Positions 19,250 through 34,358 of a stretch of 64,000 nt of DNA are shown piece after piece. The notes under the pieces were generated by a model. That model had not been told where the DNA came from. It did not search any database and saw nothing but the letters and a program-made list of their open reading frames with translations. The translations under genes were made by a program, and so were the position numbers. Origin of the DNA: the human T2T-CHM13v2.0 reference genome, Homo sapiens; assembly GCF_009914755.1 (NCBI RefSeq), contig NC_060931.1; one strand, 5' to 3'. Within the stretch, counting starts at the first letter, position 1; each line of letters begins with the position of its first letter.

Positions 19250-19586
19250 TAACTTCAGTTTTTGATGAGACAGAAATGGGAAAATGTAGACTGGTTTACT
19301 ACTTTATCTTATGATACAATGTTATTGTAGTATAATATACTATAGACTACCCATTAAAGAACCAGGAAGGATATTCCGCTAGCCTTAAGAAGTAAATATT
19401 GAATATAAATATAACTTTCTACCTCATCTATAACATATTGATACATTTTATTACAAAGAAACTCACACATAAATGATTTGTCCTATTTATCATAATAGGC
19501 CACCAATCACTAGGAGCCAAGCTTCATCAGCTTAAGTCCTAGGTAGCATGTCTCAATGCATACATATTTATATGTTATTAACCGTG

Positions 19587-19864
19587 TTTCTTTTCTTTTT
19601 TTCGAGACAGAGTGTCCAGGCTGGAGGTGATCTCGGCTTACCGCAACCTCCGCCTCCGGGTTCAAGTGATTCTGCCGCCTCAGCCTTCCTGGGTAGCTGG
19701 GATTACAGGCACGCATCACCACGCCCGGCTACTTTTGTATTTTTAGTAGAGATAGGGTTTCTCCGTGTTGGTCAGGCTGGTCTCGAACTCCCAACCTCAG
19801 GTGATCCGCCCGCCTCAGCCTCCCAAAGTGCTGGGATTACAGGCATGAGCCACCATGCCTGGCT
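19587..19864 (-). mobile_element. AluS in FKBP14 3'UTR
   Basis: Alu consensus. Confidence 0.95.
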
Positions 19865-20436
19865 ATTAACCTTGTTTCTAACTTCAGCATTGCACATCTC
19901 CTTAGTAAAGCAGTAGCCATTAACAAGTCAGGTCCAACAACCATTTTCCTCTGGTCCTCAAGCAGAGACTCAGAGCCAGTTACACATAAACTATTTCATT
20001 ATAACATGAAAATAGCAAGCCTTGGGCTATTGCAAAAGGCTTTTCAAATGTTGACCTCTAACTTGGAGAAAATAGAGGGAAGCAGAAATATAGGGTGCTA
20101 ATTTGTGCTATAACCTGGTCTCATGTCGTGGTATATTCCCAGTTGCAACATTTTAAATTTATAAGTGAGAAAGTAAAACAAAGCTTCATATCTGTGAAAG
20201 TGAAAAATTGTCCAGAAGTCTTCTATTCAAAGACCAATTAGCTTTTTCTTCCCAATAACTTATCAGAAAGAAATGGGTACTTAGAAACCTAAGGGGTTCT
20301 TTAAATAGGAGTCAGAAAAAATATATAAAAATAAAAAACAAAGCAAGAAAGAACATTGTATAAAAATAAAATGTTCTTTAAAGATGACTGCCCTCTCTTG
20401 AAAGATGAGTGCTATATTAAAAGGGTAGATGTATCT

Positions 20437-20595
20437 CTATAACTCATCGTGTTTATATGTAAATTCTCTGGCAGATATAAACCCATCTTTGTCTTCATCT
20501 TCTTTATCAAAAATATCCTCCACCAAAGCATCATGATGACTTTCATTCACCACCGCACCATGTTTTTCAAACTCCTTCTTTAAATATGCTTTAAC
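20437..20595 (-). CDS. FKBP14: FKBP14 coding exon 4 (EF-hand 2, HDEL ER-retention signal, stop)
   Basis: ttattttgtag| acceptor, VKAYLKKEFEKHGAVVNESHHDALVEDIFDKEDEDKDGFISAREFTYKHDEL-TAG; 159 nt; total CDS 636 nt. Confidence 0.97.
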   Translation of the reverse strand, partial: VKAYLKKEFEKHGAVVNESHHDALVEDIFDKEDEDKDGFISAREFTYKHDEL

Positions 20596-20826
20596 CTACA
20601 AAATAACAGATCCCATTAATAACTTGGATTCATAAGATACCCACATTGAGCCAATCAATATCACAGACATGGACTGTTATTATATTTAGTTCATTAACTA
20701 AATATAATACCTTCTAAACAGCCATTTTATGACATAGTTTTAATGATAATTAAAAAATAATAGAAACTTTTTCCCTTAAAAAAACTGTTGCTAAACTGCT
20801 AAAGTGGAGACACAAAATATTGCTCA

Positions 20827-21145
<319 letters not shown>

Positions 21146-21231
21146 ATATATATATATATATAGCTCTCTCTATATATATATTGCTCAAAGGCAGAGATAA
21201 AGCTTATGTCATGTATACAATCCTCATATAG

Positions 21232-21930
<699 letters not shown>

Positions 21931-22089
21931 TAAATAGTGGCATCTTTGACTTGAATAAATGTCTGCAAGTAGTGGGTCTTTTGGGTTTTGGTTATGATCA
22001 TGTGATTAGATTGAGTCTAATCACAACCTTTCAATCTCAGAAAGTCAGGTCTGATAAGTGCCTAGACTACAATTTTCCATTTTCATTTG

Positions 22090-22420
<331 letters not shown>

Positions 22421-22990
22421 TAAAAATATAAATATTGTTTTCAATTTCCCACAAGATTCACCACAATGAAAATCAGCCTATATTTTCAGTTTTAATTATA
22501 TCACCTCTCTTCCTTCTGTTTAGACCAGCAATTTCAAATCCTCTCTCCCCCAGCTTTCAAGAAGTACACATATAGTATATATTTATTTTTAAGTTAAAGT
22601 GATTTAATGCAGTTGTTAAAAAAAGGGGTGGGGGAGAGATCCATTAATCCATTAAACTCTATGGATTAATGTAGAATGTATTTCTAGGATATATTGTGTG
22701 AATAAAGCAAAACGACAAAACAGCATGTATAGTTTGCTTCTTTTTGTGTAAGAAAGGGGGAAATAAGACTATGTATTTGGATTTGCAGAAAGAAACACTG
22801 AAAGGATATATTAGAAACTAATAAAACTAAGCCGGGTGCAATGGTGCATGCTTGTACATAGCGAGACCTCATCTCTACAAAAAAAAAAACAGAAAGAAAG
22901 AAAAAAGTAATTAATAAAACTGGATGTGGGGATAATAGAATAGAAGAGGATGTAGGTAGGAGAAAGACTTTTAAAAATATGTAAATAATA

Positions 22991-23729
<739 letters not shown>

Positions 23730-24677
23730 GATTTTTGTTTTGAACCATGTGACTGTGTTATATATTCAAAATTATTTAATGAAAGGGAATTAAAATTTAT
23801 CTTGGATGGAAGAAAAAGGCATGTGACTGGTAATACTATGAGGTGTTATAAATTTAGTGGCTGTGGATCATGAACCCCTGGTTCGTAACAATTTGGCTTA
23901 TTCAAGACTTAATCATTTCCTGGCCATTAGAATGAATTTGATCAAAGCATAGAAAGGGACTTGATATCTGACCAGTCAGGACAGAATGGAGTGTGAGTAG
24001 ATAAAAAACAGGAATAAATATCTCCCTCCACTTCTTTCCCCGCAGCAGCCAGACTAAGACAGGTATGTGTAGCAATGGCCGAATTATAAGGAGAAGCCTC
24101 TTCTTCCTTTCTCTTTACCCAAAGGCTCAGATTTTGATGGGGCTGGAGCCCTGCTGTGTAAAACCCAGGCTGGGGTCTCTTTTCTCTGGGGCAACCTGAA
24201 CAAAACAGAGCATGTAAGTTGCTTGCTGTTAATTGCCAGGAAAACACTACAAGATGTATTTAACAGCCAGTCTACAGTTTTAACAGAAACTGTCCACATG
24301 AGATATTTCTCAGGACAGCTAGCTTCTTATACAGTAACTCCAGATGGAAACTGTCTTGGCAAAATTGTTCTTTCAAAGACCCAAGGGTAAGCATAAGATA
24401 CAGTGAACCCTAAGCATTGGGAAGAAAAAAGCAAAAGATTGAATGGTGCTTTTTAAGTCTTAATATATTTCTCTCCAAAACAGTGATTCACTATGAAAAA
24501 GTCCACTTTCAAAGCATCAGTATTTTAAGAAAACTTATAAATAAATGTTACCTAAATAAAAGTAGATTTGAAATATACACATATTCATTTAAAAAGTGAG
24601 TTACAAAAACAAAACAAAACAAAACCCCAAACAACCAAAGAAAAGTAGAAAGAGGAGTAGGAAGAAGGAAAGGTCAC

Positions 24678-24805
24678 CTCATCTTTAGAGAGTTTCCAGT
24701 CATCATTAAGATCCATTTCTTGGAATGATTCATGGGATCTTGGTCCATTTCGAATCTCCAGGAGATCAATATTAAATATCAGTGTACTTTCTGGGGGAAT
24801 TTTAC
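24678..24805 (-). CDS. FKBP14: FKBP14 coding exon 3 (end of FKBP domain, EF-hand 1)
   Basis: cacgtcag| acceptor, GKIPPESTLIFNIDLLEIRNGPRSHESFQEMDLNDDWKLSKDE, donor GAG|GTGACC; 128 nt; absent from ORF track. Confidence 0.97.
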
Positions 24806-25289
24806 CTGACGTGAGGAAAGAAGGCAGAAAGTTTTAAAAGAGCCAAAAGTTTTAATAATAGAAAATTTATGGTAATGGACAAAGTATTTTTTTTAACTGA
24901 ATTAAAGAGCCTTCCTAAGATTGTCATATATGATGAAAATTATGTATATTATATTTTACTCGAATAGAATAGAGTAAAAGAAGAAATAATATACACTAGC
25001 AGAGCAAAAGCATTCTATCTTTGGCTTAGCAATTAAAATGTAAATACACATACACACAATGCATATACATACATAGAGATGTACCTAATGGCTTAGGTAT
25101 TACATTTCTAATATAATTAATATATTACATATTATATGTCAAGAAGGACTTGAAGGGTTTTAGATAATTCGGAGTTAAGTATATTAAAAGTAATAAACTA
25201 ACTTTTTGGTCAGAAAGTCCTGACCTAGAAATACATACAGTATTGCCATTTCTACCACTAGAAGGCATTTCTACCCATATAATTGAGTA

Positions 25290-25480
25290 AGCTCTGGTGT
25301 CACACTGTCTGAGGCTGAAGTTTACATTTGCCCATCTCTAAGCCTCAATTTCCTCATCTATAAAATGCAGATAATAAATTTCCTCCTCAGGAGTCTGTTG
25401 GGAGGATAAAGGGAGAAAAATCCATGCAAAATACTTAGCATTAAACTTGACAAATAGTAAACTCTCAATACATGTTATTG
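25290..25480. mobile_element. MIR
   Basis: ctaagcctcaatttcctcatctataaaatg core. Confidence 0.8.
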
Positions 25481-26135
25481 AGGTATAATTTTCTCACAGG
25501 CTTTAAAAATAATGCAGGAAGGTTTAACAATTTCAGAAAGTTAGGAAACACTACCTCTGATATAGAACATTATATATATGTTGAAGACATTTCATGGGAG
25601 GGGAGAAATTAAAATGAATTTCTGAGAAGGGAAATTAAAAATCTTTAAAAGTGAAAAGAGCTTTGTTAAAATCCCAGGAACCTGAAACAAACAAACAAAC
25701 AAACAAACACACCCATCTGTGGAGTATGGACAATTGTTTTTCTCAAACTTGTTTCCTTATAACTATATTTAACATACAGGTCTGTGTAAACATGTTAAAT
25801 ATTTCTTAGTCATCCTCCCCCCATCCCACATATTTCCATGAAAGAACATTCATAAATTCCAAAGAGAAGACTTATAAAGTGTGCTGAAGCTTACCATTTC
25901 AGATCTAGACAGAGATGTGACATGCGCTAGGTTGTTGATAAAACTGGTATCTTTCCAAAAGAGGCATGCAAGCATGTACTAAAAGACTACAAAATTAGTG
26001 TTAAATACAGATTAGAAAAATTAGTTTCATGGCATTCAGTTTGAAGGAAATGACTCAAATTTAGATCTCTACTTATTGTGAAGTAAACTTGAGTTAAATA
26101 TAGTATGAGAAAGAGTAATGGACTAATACAACGTA

Positions 26136-26443
26136 CAGTAGTCCCCACTGGGATATGTCCCAAGAATCCCATTAGATGCCTGAAACCATGGATAGTACCA
26201 AACCCCATACATACAATGCTTTTTCCTATACATGCATATCTGTGATAAAGTTTAATTTATAAAATAGTCATAGTAACAGATTAAAAATAATAAAATAGAA
26301 CAATTACAACAACATATCATAATAAAAGTTATATGAATGCAATCTGTCTCTCATTCTCAAAATACCTTAATATTTTCAGACTGCAGTTGACCACAGGTAA
26401 CTAAAACGGTAGAAAGTGAAACCACAGGTAAAGGGGAACTACT
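26136..26443. mobile_element. MER44-like Tigger MITE
   Basis: TIRs cagtagtcccc / ggggaactactg with TA flanks. Confidence 0.8.
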
Positions 26444-27243
26444 GTATGTAAATATTAAAGGTGAGACAATAAAGATAAAATGAAAACATTCTCAGCATCA
26501 GAAAAAATTTTCTAGATACTTGGTTTTCTTCTCTAAAGAGGATTATGACTAAAAGAAGAATTGAATTTGGTTAGTTAATCTTATCCTATGAACAAGATTT
26601 GTATAGATTTGTATATTTTGGAATATATAATGCTTGCCATATGGCATCTATTTTCCTTCTCAGGAAATGGGCTGTGAATCCTGACTCCTCACTTTTGTCA
26701 GTGGTTAACCTTAGACTTCAGGATGCTATGAAGTCTATATTTATACTATATCAGAGTAGTTGTCTGTCTGGTTCTGATGACTACTTAAACTTTTTTTTCT
26801 TCATTATGTAAGTAATACATGCTCATTGTAGAGCACATACTTGGATGATAAAACCAGAAATAAATATGATTCCCAGTATCACAGTCCATTTTTAACATTC
26901 TTATTTATTTCCTTATGATTAACTTTCTATGTATATGTACCTTTTCCTATATTTACTATCATATATACTATAGGTTTATTTTCTACTTTTATATATAATA
27001 CTGTATCTCATGCATTTCAGATATAATTTTTAAACTCTTTGGAAATGCCATTTTAAATAACTGGGCCATATTTTATTTAGCTAAATTCTTACCAGTATAC
27101 CACTTACGACAGTTCCAATTTTTTGCTTAGAAACAATGCAATTATGGACATCCCTGTTCACAAATTTTTTTCCTGATATCTAATTATTCCCTTAGGTTTG
27201 AAGGAATTATAGAATAAATGCATATAGACATCTTCAGACCTCT

Positions 27244-27594
<351 letters not shown>

Positions 27595-28346
27595 TGAACA
27601 GCAGGATATGTGTCTGCCCTGAAAAACTAGTACAAAAGCTGTCCGGACCAGCTAGCCAGCTTGCTTCTGCTTTGTGACACAGGGAGAATTAAATTCATTT
27701 CATGTCACTCTATGATTTTTTTTAAATACATTGTTAAAAACTTTATAAATAAATTTAAAAACGGGAATGAAAAGAACTCCCAGTTTGCTGTGGGAGACTT
27801 AATATTCATGAAGTACAACCCATATATAACCCACATCTAAAATGCATTCAATACTTTAATAATCTATATTTCACATGTTCAACTCATCCAAACACTTACG
27901 TTAATGGATCTTTCTCTCTGCATTGTTAAAGTAAATTGGTGAGTTTCAGTTTGGGAAGATGAGAACATTCTGAAGATGGATAGTGGTGATGGTTCCACAA
28001 TAACATGAATGTATTTAATGCCACTGAACTGTGTACTTAAAAATGGTTCAAATGAAAAATTTTATGTATATTTTATCACAATTAAAACAACCCACCATAT
28101 TTGTGAACAGTATTAATAGACCTCAATGTTCTTTTTTTATTGTTAGCATAGTTGCCCATTTAGACATTACGGCCTTAAACTGGCCATTTCAATTGATACT
28201 CAAGACATAATACAGTTGCTAAAGGAATACATACCCCCTATTAACTTCCAGGGGAAAAAAAAAAGTTATAGTGACTCTAACTTCTGTCTCCTAATCCAGA
28301 GAACAACTCTAGTGCTATAGTAAGAAAAATACAGAAATACTATTAC

Positions 28347-28498
28347 CTTTTCCTTCTTTTCCATAGCCCAGAGCAGGAGGAATGATGAGCTTTCTCTTCT
28401 CTCCTACACACATTCCTTTCAAGCCCTGGTCCCAACCTTTGAGAGCCTCCAGGATGCCCAGGGTAAACCAAATGGGCTGACCATTGTTATGTTTGTGA
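28347..28498 (-). CDS. FKBP14: FKBP14 coding exon 2 (FKBP domain core)
   Basis: tttctatcatag| acceptor, [50 protein letters not shown], donor AAG|GTAATA; 152 nt, phases fit. Confidence 0.98.
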
Positions 28499-29265
28499 CT
28501 ATGATAGAAATAAAACACATTAGAACTCCTTATTAACTCTAAAAAATTTTCTTTAGTGCATTTTCCCACCAGTAAGTGGTTAAGTTTATTAGTTTAAAAA
28601 TTTATAAATACAGCAATTCTGTATTTGCACACATACACACACACCTCCAAGTCAAGTTTATAGGAATTCAATTCACTGCCCATCTTTCTTGATGCAAATT
28701 TCACATACTTGACTGGGCTTAAGAAAGACAGAGGAAATAATAAAAACAACAACCATTTGAACATTTGTTGTATACCAGGAATTATTCTAAATTTTATTTT
28801 ATTTTTTGCCTCTTAACCCTTACAATAAGTCTATAATATAAGTACCATTACTACCCCATTGCACAGATGAGGAAACACAGGTTAAGTTCCAGTCTTTAAA
28901 CCTAACTCCAAAGTTCAAGGTCTTAATCACAAAGTTATGTTGTCCCAGGAAGGCCACTAGGTTGCAGAACAAGGAGAAAATAATGGAAAAATGGCTGAGT
29001 TTGGGAAGGAGATTGAAAGGCTAAGGAGAATTTACTGCCAACATATGTGGGTCCATATGCACACAGATATGAAGAGTGAGAAGCACAGTGTCTTATATCC
29101 TGCCTACAAACTTGCCTTAGCTATGGCCTGCTGATGGCTCTGACGGGTAGAAAAGGCTGCTTTTCATCCCTAAATCCCCACTCAGACCCTAGCCCAGTTT
29201 CCTCCTCAGGGGTCTACAGTGGGGCTATATAGGAAAGTCTGGAAGAGTAGCCCCTCAAGGACTGG

Positions 29266-29632
29266 TGTGTTAGTCCATTTTCATACTGCTATGAAGAAAT
29301 ATTCAAGACTGGGTAACTTATAAAGAAAAGGAGGTTTAATGGACTCGCGGTTCCACATGGCTGGGGAGGTCTCACAATCATGGCGGAAGGCAAAGGAGGA
29401 GCAAAGGCACGTCTTACATGGTAGCAGGCAAGAATGAGTGTGCAGAGGAGCTGCCTTTTATAAAACCATCAGATCTCGTGAGACTTATTTACTATCACAA
29501 GGAGAACAGCATGGGAAAAACCTGCCCTCATGATTCGATTACCTCCCACCAGGTCCCTTCCACAACATGTGGGGATTATGGTAGCTACAATTTAAGATGA
29601 GAATTGGGTGGGGCCATAGCGGAACCCTATCA
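29266..29632 (-). mobile_element. THE1 solo LTR in FKBP14 intron 1
   Basis: TG...CA ends, 5-bp TSD ACTGG at 29261-65 and 29633-37. Confidence 0.92.
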
Positions 29633-30074
29633 ACTGGGGACGAGGGAAATAGAATGTCCTGGCTCATGAGTTGAAGAGAGTCTAGCCTAGGAAAACCAAC
29701 CTGCCGAACTACATACAGGGAGGCTTAAGGGCTGAGTAATGCCTGATCCCTACCTAGCTCCCTTTCAGTGCAATAAGGAAAATATTCTATTCAAGGATAT
29801 CTTGTAGGTGAGAAAAAGAAGTCACTGTACTACGCTTCATGAGTACCATGGTTACTAAATCTGGGTAATGCCATTTTTTCCTGTAATTTTGCCCAATGAT
29901 CAAAGTAACAAAATGCCAACTGTAGAAAATTTGGGAAGGCTAGAAATGAAAAAAGAAGCAGGAAACATTCTACTACTCATCACTGACTACAATTTTAGCA
30001 CAGTTCTTCTTAGGGCTAAGCAATTTATCCCATAGGCTATGGTTCTAGAGATGGCAAACGTGCTTACAAACTGA

Positions 30075-30377
<303 letters not shown>

Positions 30378-31993
30378 AATTTGATGGTATTTCTTCATGA
30401 AGTTTACAGTTAGCAGCTTCTGACCATTTACATGGAGGCTGCATGATAACAGTCCCCTCATCAGGTATTAGAACTTAGTAGCAAACTGCTAAATAATATT
30501 CCATGGCTACCACCAAAGTCAGCACAGGTTTTTGGTTCAGAAATCTGAAAGAAGTCAGGCTGAGTCTAAAAGAGATCAGACTAAAAATAACAATATAACT
30601 GAATTTTCAAAATGCAAATCACATCATTTAATATCCACCGTGGCACTCACCTAGTTGACAAGAAGAAAGGGCTGTTGAGAATTCTAAGGCAAGCCATTTT
30701 TCTGGAACTTTTTCCCAGGGCTAACAGTTTAGAGAAGAGCCCCATTCATTTCCCCAACCCTCAAGACAGACCAGGTCTGAATGCCCAGTAAAGGCAGTTT
30801 ATTAGAAAATCAGGTGGAGGATGGGCTATGAAGATTTACTGTTTTAATTCATGTTATTCCCTCTACCTACAACATCCTTCCCTACTTTCCCCCTGGAAAC
30901 CTCCACCCATCTTCCAAGGTTCATTTCAATTATGGTCTCTGGGAAGTCTTTCCCTTTCCCCACCCCATGGAGCCTAACTACTTCAGGCCCAGTTACGCTT
31001 TGCTAGCACTTTGAATATTCTGTACCCTATATCATTGCATTATTTACTTGTCTTTCTCCCACCTGTAGATGGTGTATACTGTTAGAGGACAAGAACCTGC
31101 TTCTAGCCATCTTTGCGTCTCCAGGACCTGACTTGTGACCATTCAATAAGAGTTTGATAGATGGACAGACTAATGAATAGATGAAGATGATTAGAAGCCA
31201 AAATTTCTGAATCTTCCTAGCACCCAGAACATGGCTTAACATCAAGGAAATGCTCACTAAATACTGTCATAATGGAATGAATGGAACCGATGCCTAATTG
31301 AAAATCATTAGGCTGTAAACCATTTCCATGTTCCAATTTCTTCGTTTATAGAACAGAAATGATAGTGTAACCACCTGAAAATCCTTCACCTAGACTTCCA
31401 AAACCACACCCACCTCATCAATGAAGTCTGACTCTCTAGAAAGAAGCAAATGACTGAAATCATGGTCCTGTGCCTTGACCAAAATACCATTCGTCAGAAC
31501 AAAAGAAGTAGGTCAGTGAAACGGCATTAGTATATCCTTCAACAGGCAAATAAGTGATAGTGTAGTTTGCTTTTGAAGTCGCTGTGAAAAGTTTTAGGTG
31601 AACATCACCTACACCACATTAAAAATGGAATCAAGTCATTTTCTTTAAGAAATGGAGTTTGAGATATGAGAATTCTTTTGGGCTTTTTCTACTTATTGGC
31701 CAATTATACACCCAGATATATTTCTGCAATATTTCAAAGATTCTAGTTCTAATTTGTATAATAAAAAAAATTAACAGCCTTTTCCAGACCACATGTTTCC
31801 AACAAGACCTTCAAAGGCCTCGCTCGCTATATAAAACTGGCTTTAAACAATTTCCTTTCCCAAAGAAGGAAATAAGATATTTCGGTTTTGTAAAAGAGGC
31901 AAAACCAGGTACAGGCCACCTTTCCTGCTGGAGAGCTGGCATAAGTGAGTGGATTCTTAATTACTATTTTACCTGCGGGGCATAATTACTTAC

Positions 31994-32190
31994 GTGGAGT
32001 GAAATAAGGAGCCGTCCTTTTCTAAGTAGCCTTCATAGTGGACCAACATCAAATCCCCTCCTTTGGTCTTGCGATGGCAGATGAATGGCTTCTGGAGAAC
32101 TTCAATTTTCACTTCTGGTTCAGGGATCAAAGCCCCAATCAAAGAAGTGACGAACAGAGTCAAGACCGCGTTCCACAAGAAAAGCCTCAT
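31994..32190 (-). CDS. FKBP14: FKBP14 coding exon 1 (signal peptide + start of FKBP PPIase domain)
   Basis: ATG at 32190 gives MRLFLWNAVLTLFVTSLIGALIPEPEVKIEVLQKPFICHRKTKGGDLMLVHYEGYLEKDGSLFHST; donor CAC|GTAAGT; 197 nt. Confidence 0.98.
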
Positions 32191-32309
32191 GTTGCTGAAG
32201 CAAGGAAAGAAGTCCCTACAAAAGCAGCGAAAGGTCCCTCGACTTCATAGATTTAAGAACGTAGTTCAAGGCTTACGGACAAGGGCTTCAGACAAGTTCA
32301 GGACTCCCC

Positions 32310-32640
32310 CTTCTTAGAAGACGTGGCACATTTACCACCAACTCTTTTCTCAAGGGTCACGAACCTACCTTTAAAGAGTTAAGCCCAAATGCCGGCCTGA
32401 CTGGCTCTTATAACGCGGCCGCCTGGGAATAGCAGCCTCCCATTGGCTATTGGTGCTGTCCTTCAGGCAGCTCTCAAGCCAATGACGCTGCAACGATGGA
32501 ATTTACAGCCCGGTAGAGCCGGGCAGCTGCCAAGCGGCGGATCATCCCTTGTGGTCCTAGAGCCCGGTGGATTTCAGCATTCAACCAGCGTGGATTTTGG
32601 GAGAGGGGCGGGGCGCAGAGCCAACCGGAAACTCCTCCGG
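32310..32640 (-). promoter_or_regulatory. FKBP14: FKBP14 promoter/5'UTR: TATA-like box (32408-32413), CCAAT boxes (32442-46, 32449-53, 32479-83), UPRE-like GACGTGGCA (32320-28), GC box (~32605-32614)
   Basis: motifs read directly; spacing predicts a TSS near 32380. Confidence 0.7.
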
Positions 32641-33499
32641 CTGATTTATCTCTGTGAAGAACCCTGCTGAGAGACGTAGGAAGAGTCCCGGGGCCCTATG
32701 AAATCTTCGGGGTTCCAGGAAAGACTCGTTTACTCTCGCCGTTGGAGAGCGGCCCCCCAAGATGCCACAATCCTAGGATTTTGCTATTGCTTATAAACTG
32801 TAAAGACTGACATACTGCTTGAGGGTTCACAAAGCGCGTTCCCGTTGCATGAACCTCACTACACCCAGTAAGGCAGGTTCTTTTTTCCCATTTAAAAGAG
32901 AAGTAAATTTACACCAGGAGATATTAACTGTCCTGCTTAAGGTTGTTTGGCCCCGAAGCAAATGAGCTCTGCCTTCAAACCAGGTCTGATTCATTCCACA
33001 GCACCACGTCATGTTATGGCTGCTAATAATTTATCCCTTAAGTTACCTTACAGGGTAAATAATGAGTTTCGACTTGCAGACTTCCGCTTTAAAGAAGAAA
33101 TGGTAATCATGGTTACGAATTACACAGCCTCATCGTAGTTTACATTTTCTAGTTTTACATTTTTTGCCTAAGTTCAAAAGTAATGCATGTTCATTGAAGT
33201 CATTTTGGAAGAAATTGGAAAGCACTAAAGTAAGATTTCCAGATAATATTGGGGAGTCGAATCAAGTTGGAATTTCAGATACATAACGAATAATGGTTTT
33301 GCATTTTTATTTACTAAATCAGGCAACTTTAAAGAAAAAGAAAGCTCGCCGATACCACCACCAGCCGCAAACAATCCTCTTAATATTTTGGTGCATGCTT
33401 CTGTGACATATACTTAAAGCGATTTAAATCGTATTGTAGTCTTTTCTCACCTCCTCTTTCCACTTAATCTGTAGTTAACATTTTTTCTGGTCTAATAAC

Positions 33500-33670
33500 C
33501 TTAACACAGTGCATATCCGCACTCTATGTGCATAGGAATCCCCCTGAAGATCTTGTTTAAAATGCAGATTTTGATCTGGAGGTCTGGGGTGGGTGCAAGA
33601 TTCTGCATTTCTAACAAGCTCTTAGGTGATGTCAGTGCTCCGGGTCAGTAGATCAACACTTCCATAGTGA
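33500..33670. mobile_element. MER5A between the two promoters
   Basis: cttgtttaaaatgcagatt...gattctgcatttctaacaagctc. Confidence 0.8.
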
Positions 33671-34358
33671 GACCTTAGAGTCTGGACAACATCTGTTTAC
33701 ACTGGCCTCATAGTATTCTACCCTGAAATTCCAATAATCTCTTTACGCCCTGTTATTGGTTACCTCAAGTGTGTGAGATCAATTAGGCAGCTTTGGAACA
33801 AGAATAGGGACTAGAACTCAGGAGGTATCGTGAGAGGTCACGTAGACCCTCAAACGGCGGGCACCATTTACAGTCAGAACTGCGCTCCACACTTGTCTCA
33901 GGGGCCTCCCTCCTCCCGTCGCCTAGTCCGCAGTCCGCGTCTCGGGACTCAATTTCCCTGCGGGCCGTTCCCGCAAACTCCGCCCCGCCGCCGCTGCCGC
34001 GAAATCCCGGAGTGGATTTTGGGAAGGGGCGCGCGAGCGGCGCCCTGGGCATGCGCGAGCGCGTCCCGGGCCCGGCGAGTCGAGGGTTCAGGTGGTGCGC
34101 CGTGGCGCCGCCTGCGACCGGCAGCTCGTTCGCCGCACTTTGGAGGCTTCGGCTGCCCCTCCGACCCACGTAGGGCCCGGACCCGGGCCTCCTTGTGAAC
34201 AGCGTGCCGGCTTCGCCCCACGGGTTCACCGGCTGGCTGGGCTTCAAGCGCCGAGGCCGCCGCAGTGACCCCGCCCCCGGGCCGAGGATGTGAGGCGGGC
34301 CGGGCGTCCCCACACCGGGCCCGGGCGCCGGGAGTGGGCGTCTGGGCAGCGCCAGGCG

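Noticed and set aside
32442-32500. Canonical ERSE (CCAAT-N9-CCACG)
   Set aside because: None of the three CCAAT boxes has CCACG at the required spacing
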